Assembly: GCF_001194135.2 (NCBI RefSeq)
Contig: NC_068993.1
Span: 40,452,595-40,507,412 of the forward strand
Source of the DNA: Octopus bimaculoides
Lineage: Eukaryota
Reading direction: 5' to 3'
Length of the DNA stretch: 54,818 bases
Made by a program: the position numbers and the translations under genes. Shown in pieces: positions 1 to 11,948 of the stretch (within the stretch, counting starts at the first letter, position 1; each line of letters opens with the position of its first letter). A model generated the notes under the pieces. It had not been told where the DNA came from. It was given only the letters and a program-made list of their open reading frames with translations, and did no database searches.

Positions 1-52
1 ACAAACACACACACAAACATATACACACTCATATATATATACATATATACTA

Positions 53-212
53 CAGGCTTCTTTCAGTTTCCGCCTACCAAATCCACTCATAAGGCTTTGG
101 TTGGCCTGAGGCTACAGTAGAAGACACTTGCCCAAGGTGCCACGCAGTGGGACTGATCCTGAAACCATGCGATTCGTAAGCAGGCTACTTACTACACAGC
201 CACTCCCACGCC
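53..212 (-). mobile_element. tRNA-derived SINE, family A head module
   Basis: Reverse complement of the window's commonest repeat (GTGGCTGTGTGGTAAG...GGTTCAGTCCCACTGCGTGGCACCTTGGGCAAGTGTCTTCTAC...CTGAAAGAAGCC), with Pol III A/B-box-like motifs. A second, more decayed copy follows at ~241-398. Confidence 0.85.
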
Positions 213-628
213 TATATATATATATATATATATATATTACGGACTTCTTTCAGTTGCCATCTTCCAAATCCACTCACAAGGCTTTATTTGGCTTGAGGCC
301 ATGGCAGAAGACATTTGCCCAAGTTGCCATGCAACTAGCATGACTAAACCCGGAACCATGTGGTTGGAAAACAAACTTCCTACCACACAGTCACCTCAGT
401 GCATATACACATTCTTTCACTGGTTTCAATTTTCTGAGTGTGATCATGTTGTGGTAGCACTATATTTGCGTTATTCAATCACATTCAACTCCATTATTCA
501 TTCCAGTTGGGTACTATTTTAGCAGTCTATAATTGTCGAATTGCTAAGTTAACGTTTTCTGAAGCGACATCATTTTCTATGAAAAGCACACTGACACAGC
601 TATAATACACATGCAAATATATACACAC

Positions 629-633
629 ATGCA

Positions 634-680
<47 letters not shown>

Positions 681-757
681 TTCTTTCTCTCTCTTTCTCT
701 CTCTCTCTCTCTCTTTCTCTTTCTCTCTCTCTCTTTCTCTCTTTCTCNNNNNNNNNN

Positions 758-811
<54 letters not shown>
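629..811. repeat. (CT)n/(TA)n/(CA)n compound microsatellite spanning a 10-N gap
   Basis: Direct inspection; it generates the ERER/YIYI pseudo-ORFs. Confidence 0.95.
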
Positions 812-812
<1 letters not shown>

Positions 813-920
813 TACTTTCAATTAGAAGTTGTGTTTACCTCATGAAGGGATGGTTTCACTCAAGAAAATACTGGTTCAATACCTAGAATTTTTGGGGAAT
901 GAATTTCCGTAGAATTATAG

Positions 921-1287
921 ATGGCTGTGCTTACCAGCCAGATGATTCTGGGTTCAGTCCCAGTGCATGGTACTTTGGCCAAGTGTCTTCTACTATAGCT
1001 TCAGGCTGACCAAAACCTTATTACTGGATTTGGGAGATAGAAACTGAAGGAAGCCTGTCATGTTTGTATATATATATGTGTGTGTGTGTCTGTGTTTGTC
1101 CCCCAACATCACTTGACAACTGATGTTGGTGTGTTTACGTCCCCGTGACTTAGCGGTTCGGTAAGAGACTGATAGAATAAGTACTAGGCTTACAAAGAAT
1201 AAGTCCTGAAGGTTGATTTGCTTGACTAAATGTAGTGCTCCAGCATGGCTGCAGTCAAATGACTGAAACAAGTAAAAGAATATATAT
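921..1287 (+). mobile_element. Composite SINE: family A head + internal (TA)/(TG) microsatellite + module B
   Basis: Head at ~921-1060, microsatellite at ~1061-1097, then CCCCAACATCACTTGACAAC...CTCCAGCATGGCTGCAGTCAAATGACTGAAACAAGTAAAAG. The same order recurs many times in the window. Confidence 0.85.
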
Positions 1288-1444
1288 AAAAACATAGTTT
1301 ATATTCATATAAAAGAAGAAAAAGAAAATAGAGATTGAGAAGTTAATAATTGTTTATTATCAACAGCAAATTAATCATCATGACTAATTTGCTGTTAACT
1401 TCCCAATCTCCTTTTTCTTTTATATATATATATATATGTATATA

Positions 1445-1611
1445 TAGGCACAGGAGTGGCTGTGTGGTAAGTAGCTTGCTTACCAACCACATGGTTTCAG
1501 GTTCATTCTCACTGTGTGACACCTTGGGCGAGTGTCTTCTACTATAGCCTCTGGCTGACCAAAGCCTTGTGAGTGGATTTGGTAGACAGAAACTGAAAGA
1601 AGCCTGTTGTA

Positions 1612-1691
<80 letters not shown>

Positions 1692-1700
1692 TATATGTGT
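1445..1700 (+). mobile_element. SINE family A head followed by long (TA)n
   Basis: Near-consensus head GGAGTGGCTGTGTGGTAAGTAGCTTGCTTACCAACCACATGG...CTGAAAGAAGCC. Confidence 0.85.
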
Positions 1701-2785
1701 GTGTATGTGTTTGTCTTTTTAATTCCAAGATTTATTTATGTTTTACAACTGAATGAATTTAATAAAAGCATCTAAATATGAAACATCATGAAAATTGTTC
1801 AATCTAAAGTTCTCTTTGAGTGACACATTTTTCCATTCAAGTCATTACAGAATTACAGATAGCATGGAATTTTGATTTACTGTTGGGTGACTTTTGGCCA
1901 ACCCTATATATATAAACAGACCCACAAACATACATGTGTAGACACATTTATGTAGGAATATATAACTGTAGTACTGTTGCAATGCATTTCTGCTGTTATA
2001 TTTAATCATTTGTACAACTGTAAATTATTCCTTAATATATGCATATACACACCTGTACTATCTATTGAGTCCTTATTTCTTAAAAGTAGCCTTCACACCC
2101 TTCATTTACTATCTATAAGTTATACATACACCCATAGAATATATTGCTGTATGTGTGTGTATCTATGCGTGTGCGTGTATATATACATACATATATATAT
2201 ATATATGTATGTATAAGGTATTGGTGTATCTCCGGCAACATTGTTGTGGTCTAGTACAGAGATAACAGGATAATGCCGTAGTAGTTATGCCAAGTGAAGT
2301 AGAGCTAATTTAGGAGGAATGAGCAGGTTACTTGAGAAGTTAGCAATTAGAGATGGGGAAACCAAAAGCTAAGAATGAAAAACGATGGAATTGAATAATG
2401 AAAAAAAAAAAAAATGGTTGAAAATGTAGAAAAATGACAAATGAAAATTTTTTTAAATTAGAAAATGAAAAGATGATGAGAAACAGGTAATATGAAAGGT
2501 TTTAATATATTACATAAAGAGTGAGGAAGCCTTTGAAAATCCCAGAAAGTATTTTTTGTTCAAATTTTCAAAAGGTCTAACGTTTTTTTGAGAAGTTGGA
2601 TAGATAGACAGGCTCATATTTTCAAAAGTTCAAAAATTAATAGATCTAACAGTTCTTTGAGAGGTACATAGGTAGATAAATAAATAGATAGATAGATTGA
2701 CCGATAGATACATAGAGGGGACCTACTGGTGGCATGTTGTCTGTGTATAGCCTTGTTGCTAGTTCTTGGGTTAATGAGTTTAGTA

Positions 2786-2818
2786 AGCACATTTGGATCT
2801 ATAATCCTTCATTAGACT
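2786..2818 (-). ncRNA. Degenerate hammerhead ribozyme motif at the Penelope 3' end
   Basis: Minus strand CTAATGA-AGGAT-TATAG-ATCC-AAATGT resembles CTGANGA-stem II-GAAAC with core mutations. The position matches the known HHR location in PLE terminal repeats. Confidence 0.45.
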
Positions 2819-4700
2819 TTCCCTAGTTATTACTGCTGGCGTTGGTTAGCGGTTACAAAGATAGTAAATGAACTTTCAGTCATCGAGTTTATTCCAGCGA
2901 TTAAGGCTGGATGCCTTCTTCCTGTCGAAATGTGCCTCCTTTTTTTGAAGGTTGACCGCATCTTTTCCTCTGGCCAGTATCCGGGTGGAGAACTCTGCAT
3001 TGCAGTGTTGGTGGTATTGGAATATGGCACTGGGTGTTGTGGCCTTGTGAAAATGTTCTCTCACCTTGACATGAAGCTGTCATTTAGTCGATCCAATATA
3101 TTTATCCTTGCAAATACAAGTCATCTCATATATTGCGTTAGCTTGAAAACATATCTGGACACTGTCCATTGGCTGTTTGGCTTTGATAGGGCTTTGATTC
3201 AGACAACATGTGTTCTGTATGTTGTTGTTGTGGGAGAGATAGTGTCTGAGGGTGTGGCCTTGCCTCATGATTCTGACAGTGAGGCCAAACTTTCTGACAT
3301 TGCTCCTTAGTTTGTTTTCAATCCATTCTCCATTGCAGGGAAAGCTGACACATGTCCATTTAACATGTCTCTGCTTCTCTCTTTCCCTTTCACTTTGTCT
3401 ACTTTCCTCTTTCCTTCCATCTTTGTTGAATGTTATTAACATCATTGGTTCGTCGCTCATCGTTGTTGTTGCCATTGTTGCTGATGATGTTGTCACTGCT
3501 GCTGCTGTTAGTGGTGGTGATCTTGCCATGGTGTCTTGGTGCTCATTGCACTCATGTGTTTAGAGTGCTTCACACTTTCTCTATGAACCTCAGTTTGTAT
3601 CCTTTACTGTACAGCATCCTGATGAAATCCATCTTTACATCAGCTTCATTGCATCTGTTTATGCAGCAGTTGAACTCATTAAGGGCTACATTAAGTTTCA
3701 ACTTCTATGGATATACTGAATCTGAATGAAGGAAGATGTCTTTCTTTGCCTCTTTCTCAAAGAATTGGGTTGTGGCATGTCCTGATGTGAAGGATACATT
3801 GAAGTCCAAGAGGCTCAGTGAGCTATTTGCAACTGGGTATTCAACTTCGAATTGGTTGTTGTGGTGGAGACTGTTAAAGATGTTATGGATCCTGATCATC
3901 TCATGCTGGATTTGGTTAAGATGAAGGTATCATCAACATACCTTTGGTATAGGTAATGTGTCATCCTGTGTGGAGTGCTTGGCACTTCAGTTTGTCCAGG
4001 GTAAGGGTGGCCAGGATGCCACAGAGTTTAGATCCCATTGGGAAGCTGCAGATATGTGGTGTATTTGTACTGGAAGAATGTGTTGGCAGTGCAAAAATCC
4101 AGGATGGATTTGAGGTCTGCTGGTGGGAAGTCTGTGACAAGCTTCCGGCCTTGCTCTAGTTGCTCTTGGATTGTTAGTATGGCCTCAACCAGTGATATAC
4201 TGGTGTACATGGACTGTACGTCCAGGCTGAAGGCGTAGTTGTTGTCTGAGATGGTCCTGGATGGGAGCTTATGTAGTAGCTCGATGAGATGCCAACTGCT
4301 GTCAAGGTGTGCTGTTATGTGTACCAGCAGTGGCTGGAGAAGCTATGCTACAACCCATTCCATTTTCCATAGTGGAGATCTTGTGCTGGGGATGATTGGG
4401 TGTACTTTGAGTTACCTCAGGTCCTTGGTTTCTTTCTGTGTTTTTATTAGGTAATGGAACTGTGTTGTGGAGGATTTGTGTGCTAGAAAGCATCAGTATG
4501 TGTGCCTGTTGAGATTCATGCTTCCGGATATGTTCTTCCATAAGTCATTGCATTGGTTCTCAACCCAATTCGCAGTTGTGTGCTCATGTAGGGTGTAGAT
4601 ATTGCCCTGGGAAAAGTGGGACATCACTGACTCGATGGCGGAGTCTGTGTTGATCACGCAGAATACTCCCTCTTTTTCAGAGGCCAGGAATGTATAGTTT
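2786..4700 (-). mobile_element. Decayed Penelope-like retroelement (RT + GIY-YIG endonuclease)
   Basis: Minus-strand motifs across frameshifts: SLDVQSMYTSI (~4195-4228), PMGS, RYVDDTF (YVDD at 3929-3940), 'FNSLHHNNQFEVE...SLSLLDFNV', and GIY-YIG-type 'AIYEMTCICKDKYIGST' (~3083-3135). The 5' boundary is approximate. Confidence 0.9.
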
Positions 4701-5238
4701 TTTTCCTTTAGGGAGCTGTGTGTGGAAAACTCCTCTCTGTTCCCTCTTATGTATTAAAGGCTTTTATACTACCTCAGCTTCTTGTAATCTTTTCATTTTT
4801 TAATTCGACATTTTGTCATTTCTCACATTTTCCATCATTTTTTCTTCATTGGTCAATTCTGTTGTCTTTCATTCTTAGCTTTTGGTTTCCCCATTGCTAA
4901 TTTCTAACTTCAAAAGTATCACTTTTTTGCTTTTACCTATTCATTCCTCCATCATCCTACTACAGTGTCACCATGTTATCTCTCTGTAATACATAAATAT
5001 TGTGAAACCATCCAACCCATACCAGCATGAAACGCAGACATTAAATGACGATGATGATATATGTACATATATATAGTTCAAGAAAACAAAAGATGACAAG
5101 TGTAGGAACAACAAGCAGGTGTATTAGTTTAATGCTCAGGAAAAATAGAAAAGTCTTTTATGTTTCTAGCCTACACTCTTTCATATATATATATATATAT
5201 ANNNNNNNNNNNNNNNNNNNNNNNNNNNNNNNNNNNNN

Positions 5239-6126
5239 TATATGTTTATATTTCTGCTTGAAAAAGTGCCACACCCTAGTGGTTGAGAGAACCTGTGGAA
5301 GAGGTAGACGCAGGAAGACCTGGGATGAGGTGGTGAAGCATGGCCTTCGAACTTTAGGCCTCACTGAGGCAATGACTAGTGACCGGGACCTTTGGAAATA
5401 TGCAGTACGTGAGAAGACCCGGCAAGCCAAATGAGTGCATAATGTGTGGCCTCTGCCAGAAGTGTAGTCAGCTCACTTATTCGTATCTTTACTTCATTGG
5501 ACACTAAACTCTGCTTGCAAAGACCTGTTGAGGCAAGTGAATTGAAATTGAAATCGAACCAAATTCGACGACCGGCACCCATGCCAACTTTTCCTTCATT
5601 GGACACTAAACTCTGCTTGCGAAGACCTGTTTGGGCAAGTGAAATCGAAATTGTAATTGAACCATATTCAATGACTGGCACCTGTGCCAGTGGAGCACTA
5701 ACAGCACCGTCCGAGTGTGATCATTGCCAGAGCAGCTGTCTGGCATCTGTGCTACTGGCACGTAAATAGCACCATTTGAGCATGATCATTACCAGCGTCG
5801 CCTTACTGGTACTTTTGGTAGTGGCATGTTAGAAAATCATTTGAGCGCGGTCGATGCCAGTGCCACTGGACTGGCTCCTGTGCAATGGCATGTAAAAAAC
5901 ACCATTTTGAGCGTGGCTGTTGCCAGTACCACGTCACTGGCCCTTGTGCCGGTGGCATGTAAAAGCACAAGCTACACTTTCTAAGTGGTTGGCGTTACAA
6001 AGGGCATCCAGCTGTAGAAACTCTGCCAGATCAGATTGGAGTCTGGTGCAGCCATCCGGATCACCAATCCTCAGTCAAATTGTCCAACCCATGCTAGCAT
6101 GGAAAGCGGACGTTAACCGATGATGA

Positions 6127-6129
<3 letters not shown>
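5239..6129 (+). mobile_element. RTE-clade LINE 3' end (ORF C-terminus + long 3' UTR with tandem array + (GAT)n tail)
   Basis: ORF remnant 'GRGRRRKTWDEVVKHGLRTLGLTEAMTSDRDLWKYAV' to the stop at 5434, then UTR, ~65-bp tandem units (5674-5968), terminal module GGTTGGCGTTA(C)AAAGGGCATCCAGCTGTAGAAAC... and a GATGATGAT tail. Confidence 0.9.
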
Positions 6130-6161
<32 letters not shown>

Positions 6162-6253
6162 ACTTTTAAGCAAAGTGAAGGATAATTTCGAAACAGGAAA
6201 TTTTTATTTCATAGAACTAAGTGCACCTTCAGGGAGGTGGATATCAAAAAAGG

Positions 6254-6475
6254 TTAATCCTTTCCTTACCATATTTCTGATGAAGTTCATTGCCGTTATT
6301 TTAATTTTGAAAATACTAAAGAATCTAGTAAAAAAAAATTTATGTTATTAAGCTGGTGTTTGGAACTTAGCATGAAATTTTGATGGCAAGTTTTAATTTA
6401 GGTCACTCGAAAATAGGAAGTTTTGTCTCATAGCCCCATGTGTGATATCACATACATTGATATCAAAAGGGTTAA
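6254..6475. mobile_element. piggyBac-like MITE
   Basis: TTAA(T/C)CCTTT...AAAGGGTTAA termini with TTAA flanks. Confidence 0.55.
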
Positions 6476-7067
6476 ACTCAGAGAAAATGACTTTGTATTG
6501 GTAAGTTATCCATTATTTGACTTTTAAACTAAGTGAAAGAGGTTCTGGAAAGAACCAGTGCTTTCAAGTGTACAGTTTCCGTATTATAAGTAGTACTAGT
6601 AGTATTAATGTGTTGTAGGTACTTGGTATTTCATTATACATCCTTAATATGTTATAAACTCTACTAAACGTTTTTATAAGTCAATATCGTGTTCTAATGC
6701 GTTAGCAGTGCACTTTACATTGTTTCTGAAGGTTACCTCTACAGATATTCTATACAAATTATGGCCAACACAGATTTTTATTACATTTCATATCCCGAGA
6801 CATCAGATGTAAACTTTACATCTGACATCTTGGATACAAAACATCGTTAACAAAAAACAGTGCTGGCTATAATTTCTGTAGAGACAACTTTAACAAATGA
6901 AATAATAACAGTAGTTGTTGTAGTCTTGGTGTTGGTGCTGGTAGTATTTCCAGTAATGTTTTAGTGGACAGTTATGATATAAAATATCAATTTGATGCAG
7001 GAAGTATTAGCAAAAATGTGACTCAGTGATCTTTCTAGCAGATCTATGCTGCAACATAGAAACTCAC

Positions 7068-7132
7068 TCCCATTGGCTCATTTGGAAGACAGTTGCTATA
7101 GATATTGATTTCACTGGAGACATTAGCTAATG
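7068..7132 (-). CDS. Candidate 65-nt internal exon (xLANVSSEINIYSNCLPNEPMG)
   Basis: Branch-point-like AACTAAC, acceptor CCTTTTTCAG, donor GGA|GTGAGT, only one open frame. No homology recognised; may be chance. Confidence 0.25.
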
Positions 7133-7611
7133 CTGAAAAAGGTTCAAGCTTGTTAGTTACATTGCAGTCACGGTTTCAAATGCTAAAGAGTGCAATCCCA
7201 AGAAATTACCTTTTTTTTTTTTATCCTTTTATTTTTTGTCTGTAGTTTTGATGATTCCTGGACTAAACTACCCTCGTATCAACAATCAAAATTTAGATTT
7301 TCTTCCCTCAGCTTTTATCTTTTATCTTTAAACTTTAAACATTAGTCACCTCTGTTGATATCTTTTACACAACTATTTATTTCTAATTTCTTATCTCAGA
7401 TCACAGACTCTTCAGAATAGTCAGCATTGTGATAAGCACCCTCTCCGAAAACAAAGAAAAAAAGAAAAGAAAATGGGGTGGGGGTGAACAAGCAAACAAG
7501 TAAAATAAAAACAAACATATACAAATCCCTTCGGCACCATTTCCTCTTCATTCTTGATTTCTTTCAGATTATCTTCAACGGGATTTCGAGATGTACTAAT
7601 AGAAATCTTAC

Positions 7612-7641
7612 CTCTTTAGTTGGTGCCATTTGTTTTGTTTT
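7612..7641 (-). CDS. Candidate 30-nt micro-exon (KTKQMAPTKE in phase 0)
   Basis: Acceptor CTCTTTTAAAAACAG, donor GAG|GTAAGA, length divisible by 3. Splice signals only. Confidence 0.2.
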
Positions 7642-7999
7642 CTGTTTTTAAAAGAGAATGTTTTTAAACTGGCAAATTGGCAAAATTCGTTTGTTTTACA
7701 TCCATTTTTCCTATACTTTCATGGGTTAGGTGACTATGTTATCAAAGCATTGTTTTTACAGCCAGATGCTCTGCCTTCTGCTAAACTTTATCTGTACTTT
7801 TTTTCTTTTCAAGTAAGGGATCTCTTATGTCACATGCCCATAAAGCCAGAAAGTAAGTGGTTATAAACACTGTTGTGAAGTGCAAATGTAAACAAACACA
7901 CACACACACACACACAGAGAAAAAAAAAACATTGTTTACCTTCTAACTTCTACTTGTTTCAGTCATTAGGCTGCAGCCATGCTGGGGCACTGACCAAAT

Positions 8000-8570
8000 T
8001 TACTAATGGACTGTTTGACATGAAATGAAATTTACTAATAAATTTGATTTGACAGGGGGCCAGAGGAGGCTGGCATCGACCACAATCAGATGGTACTGTT
8101 TACATGCTACCGGCACTGGAAACAGTCAAAGCATTGCTGGCATTGGCCACGTTTGCATGGTGCATTTTACATGCCCACGGCACGGGGACCACAACTACAA
8201 TTTCCATTTGATTATGATTTGATTTCATTTTGATCTTAATGTACTTGACTCAATATGTCTCCTCAAGCACGGCATGTCGCCCTACGATCCAAGGGTACTT
8301 TTGAGTTGGCTGGTTATGCAACTCTGTTGTAGGTTACAGCTGTGATCTCACTTTATTTGCCAAGTCTTCTCAGTCACAGCATATCTCCAGAGGCCCCTTT
8401 CTTTCATTATTTCCTCAGTGAGGCCCAACGTTCGAAGGTCATGCTTCACCACCTCATCCCATGTCTTCCTGGGTCTCCCTCTACCCCAGATTCCTTCCAC
8501 TGTTTGGGCGTAGCACTTCTTCACACAGCTCTCCTCATCCATCTGTAGTACCTGACCATACCAATGCAAA
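8000..8570 (-). mobile_element. RTE-clade LINE 3' end, second copy
   Basis: ORF 8348-8569 'WYGQVLQMDEESCVKKC...GRGRPRKTWDEVVKHDLRTLGL' followed by the same UTR and tandem-unit remnants as 5239-6129. Confidence 0.85.
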
Positions 8571-8586
8571 CGTCTCTCTCTCTCTC

Positions 8587-8635
<49 letters not shown>

Positions 8636-8636
8636 G

Positions 8637-8970
8637 TGTGTCTGGCACTGTGTTGTTTACGACGACGAGGCTTCCATTTAATCCGATCAATGGAACAGCC
8701 TGCTTGTGCAATTAACATGCATGTGGCTGAGCACTCCACAGACACATGTACCCTTAATGTAGTTCTGGGGGAGATCTAGCATGTCACAGAATGCAACAAG
8801 GCTGACCTTTTGAAATACAGGTATTATTCATTTTTGCCAGCTGAGTGGACTGGAGCAATGTGAAATAAAGTGTCTTGCTCAGGGACACAACGCTTCACTG
8901 GGAATTAACCTCCCGACCTTATGATCATGAGCTGGAGACCCTAACCACTAAGCCATGTGCTTTCACACAT
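8637..8970 (-). mobile_element. tRNA-derived SINE with CORE-like centre and shared 3' module
   Basis: Minus strand: tRNA-like head, CCCTGAGCAAGACACTTTATTTCACATTGCTCCAGTCCACTCAGC, then the same 3' module as 21150-21310. Confidence 0.8.
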
Positions 8971-9313
8971 AAATATATATATGTACCTCTATCATACTGA
9001 AACCTCACATCACCTGGTATAAAACCACCCCTTTCAATATTACACCCACTCAGTTAAGGGTCTTGCTTTGTGAGTTACCCTTGGTGACCTCACATGTGCT
9101 GGTGCCACATAAAAAGCACCCAGTACACTGTGAAGTAGATAGGTTAGGAAAGTATCCAGCTATAGAAACCATGCCAAAGCCCACATTGGAGCTTAGCACA
9201 GTCCTCGAGCTTGTTGGCTTTTATCAGACTATCTAACCTATACCAGCATGGAAAATGGATGTCAAACAATATCCATCCATCCATCCATCCTTCCATCTAT
9301 CCATTTGTCTGTA

Positions 9314-9534
9314 TATGAGGTGGTGCTGAGAAGTTCCTGGCTCTAAGGGTGTAGTGAAAGACCTGGCTGGAGGCCCAACCTTCCAGGTTATTTTACAGGG
9401 CTTAGAAAAACTGAAGGATTGCTACGATAAGTGTGTGAATCTAAGAGGGGTATATCTTGAAGAAAATCATAATTAACTGATCCTCCTGTATTTTCTTTAA
9501 CCTAAAGCCAGGAACTTTTTAGCACCCCCTCGTA
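9314..9534 (+). mobile_element. Mariner-derived MITE
   Basis: TIRs TA-TGAGGTGGTGCTGAGAAGTTCCTGGCT / AGCCAGGAACTTTTTAGCACCCCCTCG-TA. The interior encodes a mariner transposase C-terminus remnant (GLEKLKDCYDKCVNLRGVYLEE). Confidence 0.85.
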
Positions 9535-10025
9535 TCCATCCATCCATCCATCCTAAAAGGACTTTTGACTTATTCTGTATAATTGTTACTGTTGGTGTAG
9601 TCATTATATTGATATTAACGAGAAATGTATTGTATCACATACATGATCTCTTAAAGCTTGTCATAGGGAGATATGTAATGTATCATGTCAATAAACAGTC
9701 TGCTACTGGATATTGAACCTGTTTTCCCAGCTGTCACTTTATTATTGTCTTAATACTACTGATATGCTTGAAATAGAATATCACCATTTTCTTAAGATAA
9801 TGGAAACAAAATACACACACACACACACACACACACAGAGTAAAAGAAAATTTAATGAACGAGATAAATAGCAAAAAAGTAAAGAAAATTTAAGATCTTA
9901 TTCTATTTGGAATTTCAAAACAAATTTTTACTAAACCAATTTATTTCTTTTGGAATTAGATTTAAGTTAAATATTTTCTGAGATCTCTGAAGATTTTAGG
10001 TGATTTGTGTCTTCTGTCAGATTGA

Positions 10026-10195
10026 TGCAGGTGTATCTGTGTGGTTAAGAAGTTTGCTTCCCAACCACATGGTTTTAGGTTCAGTCCCACTGCGTGGTAT
10101 CTTGGGCAGGTGTCTTGTCTTCAGCTATACCCCTGGGTTGACTAAAGCCTTGTGAGTGTGTTTGATACATAGAGACTGTAAGAAGACCATTTTGT
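10026..10195 (+). mobile_element. SINE family A head
   Basis: Matches the family A consensus. Confidence 0.8.
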
Positions 10196-11620
10196 GTGTA
10201 TATATATATATATATAGAGAGAGAAGAAGAATGGAAAGGAAAAACCCCACAAAAGCCCAAATTTTATAGGAATTATATTATGGAATAATTATTTTAGACA
10301 TTGAACCCTTTTACTGAGAAAGTCAGGTATATTCACTCAAAATTCCATTCTTTAAATACGGAAAGCTGTGTCATCTTTTGTTGAGGAATGTCATTTTGAT
10401 ACTATTTTTCACTAATTCTATTTTGTAGATTTTTAACATCATTTCTGGAATAACTATGAAATTTAATTTATGCAGTTAAAAGGTTAAAAACACACAAAAA
10501 GCTCTTAAATTCAATTTATATTTATATCTTAAGATTCCCAAATTTTTGTCACCTGACTGTGACCAGGTCACTGATATTTCCAAGAATAAAGGAAAGAATA
10601 AATTGAAAAGTTTATTTATTTATTTTTTAATGGTTATAATAGCTCTTCTATAACTCCAAAACTAAATAGTGTAATCATAAAATTTTCACGACTAATAAAC
10701 ATATTCCTTTTCCTTTAATATATGAATGTTGTTGTGGTCAACTAGGTTTTTTCAGTTGTCAATGCAATGGTGATATAGGTCACCTTGCAAATTGCTAAAA
10801 TGGTGTGACACTTTCCTGTTGTTGAAATCTTGGAGTAAAGGACTCAAGAAATGCAAACCAAATGGTTAAAAGTTTGGCCAAAGAATGGATACCTAAATGT
10901 GAAATTGCTGAAGAAATGGCAGTCTAATAAACAAAGCTTATGAAGTAACTGATAGGTGAAGAGAATACTGTGGTTTGGGTACAGCACTAGGCAGAGAGAG
11001 AGATAGTAACCGGCCAGAGGGACTGAGAAATGTCATCCCCTTTAATTGTTATGATACCAAGCTATTGAGACCACCTCTGGTTCTATGATATAAATTCCCT
11101 GTTTCCTTTCAAAATTTCATGTTATTTCATGTTTTAAACAGTTTAAAAATGACCAAGTTATCTTACTGAATTCTTCATTCTTTTGAAAATTAATTGAAAC
11201 AAGAAAGCTATATTTAATTGAGGTTTGCAACAAAATTTTGATATAGAAGAATTGTGCACATCACTAGATTATCAGTTGAAATTAATGCACAGAAGAACAG
11301 GTGTACCATAAAGGTAAAATAAACTGAAATACTGGAATTTGTTTTTGAAGAAAACTAGAAAATTAAATACAACTGACTGAAATATACTCACACACATACA
11401 TGAATGCACAGGAACATATGTAATAAAGATTTACAATAGAAATTAAATCAAAACTTGTCACTCACCTTACAGGCAAATTAAAATTACAGGTAAATTAAAA
11501 TAAAAAGTAAAACTAAATTTGAAATTAGAAATTATCATTTGTATAGCACAAGCTGGTAGCAAAATTGTTAGAGCACTAGAAAAAATGTATTTTGTAGTAT
11601 TTATTTATGACCTTCAATAT

Positions 11621-11948
11621 TAGTGGTTCTCAACCAAAGTTCATATGGCCCCTAAAGGTCCATATCAGATTTCTGGAGGGGTCCATGCAACAAAATAGTA
11701 AATTGGGGGTTCACAATAGTATTTTAAGGGCCCCTGAAAAATTTTGCTTTATATGTATGAAGTGGTATGTATTGAAACGAACAGCTTAGTTTCTTTCTGT
11801 AACAGATTACATAGTTCAACCTAGATAAGTTAATGTGTGAAAAACAATTTAGTTTCTGAACTTCAAATGGTTATGGAGGTCCACCAGAACAAAATAGTAA
11901 TCAAAGGAGTCCTTAGATAAAAAAAAAAAAAATGGTTGAGAACCCCTG
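11621..11948. mobile_element. hAT (Charlie-like) MITE
   Basis: TIRs (T)AGTGGTTCTCAACC / GGTTGAGAACCCCTG. Decayed 8-bp TSD TTCAATAT/CTCTATAC (5/8). Confidence 0.75.

Noticed and set aside
5674-5968. CRISPR-like array
   Set aside because: Units are contiguous diverged tandem repeats without unique spacers, inside a eukaryotic LINE UTR; no cas genes.
7370-7425. Hammerhead-like CTGAAGA...GAAA with a 7-bp stem I on the minus strand
   Set aside because: No stem III and a poor stem II; at best a dead relic.
11460-11500. Possible recursive splice site (pyrimidine tract-TAAG|GTGAGT) on the minus strand
   Set aside because: AAG rather than YAG acceptor and no established host strand; expected by chance.
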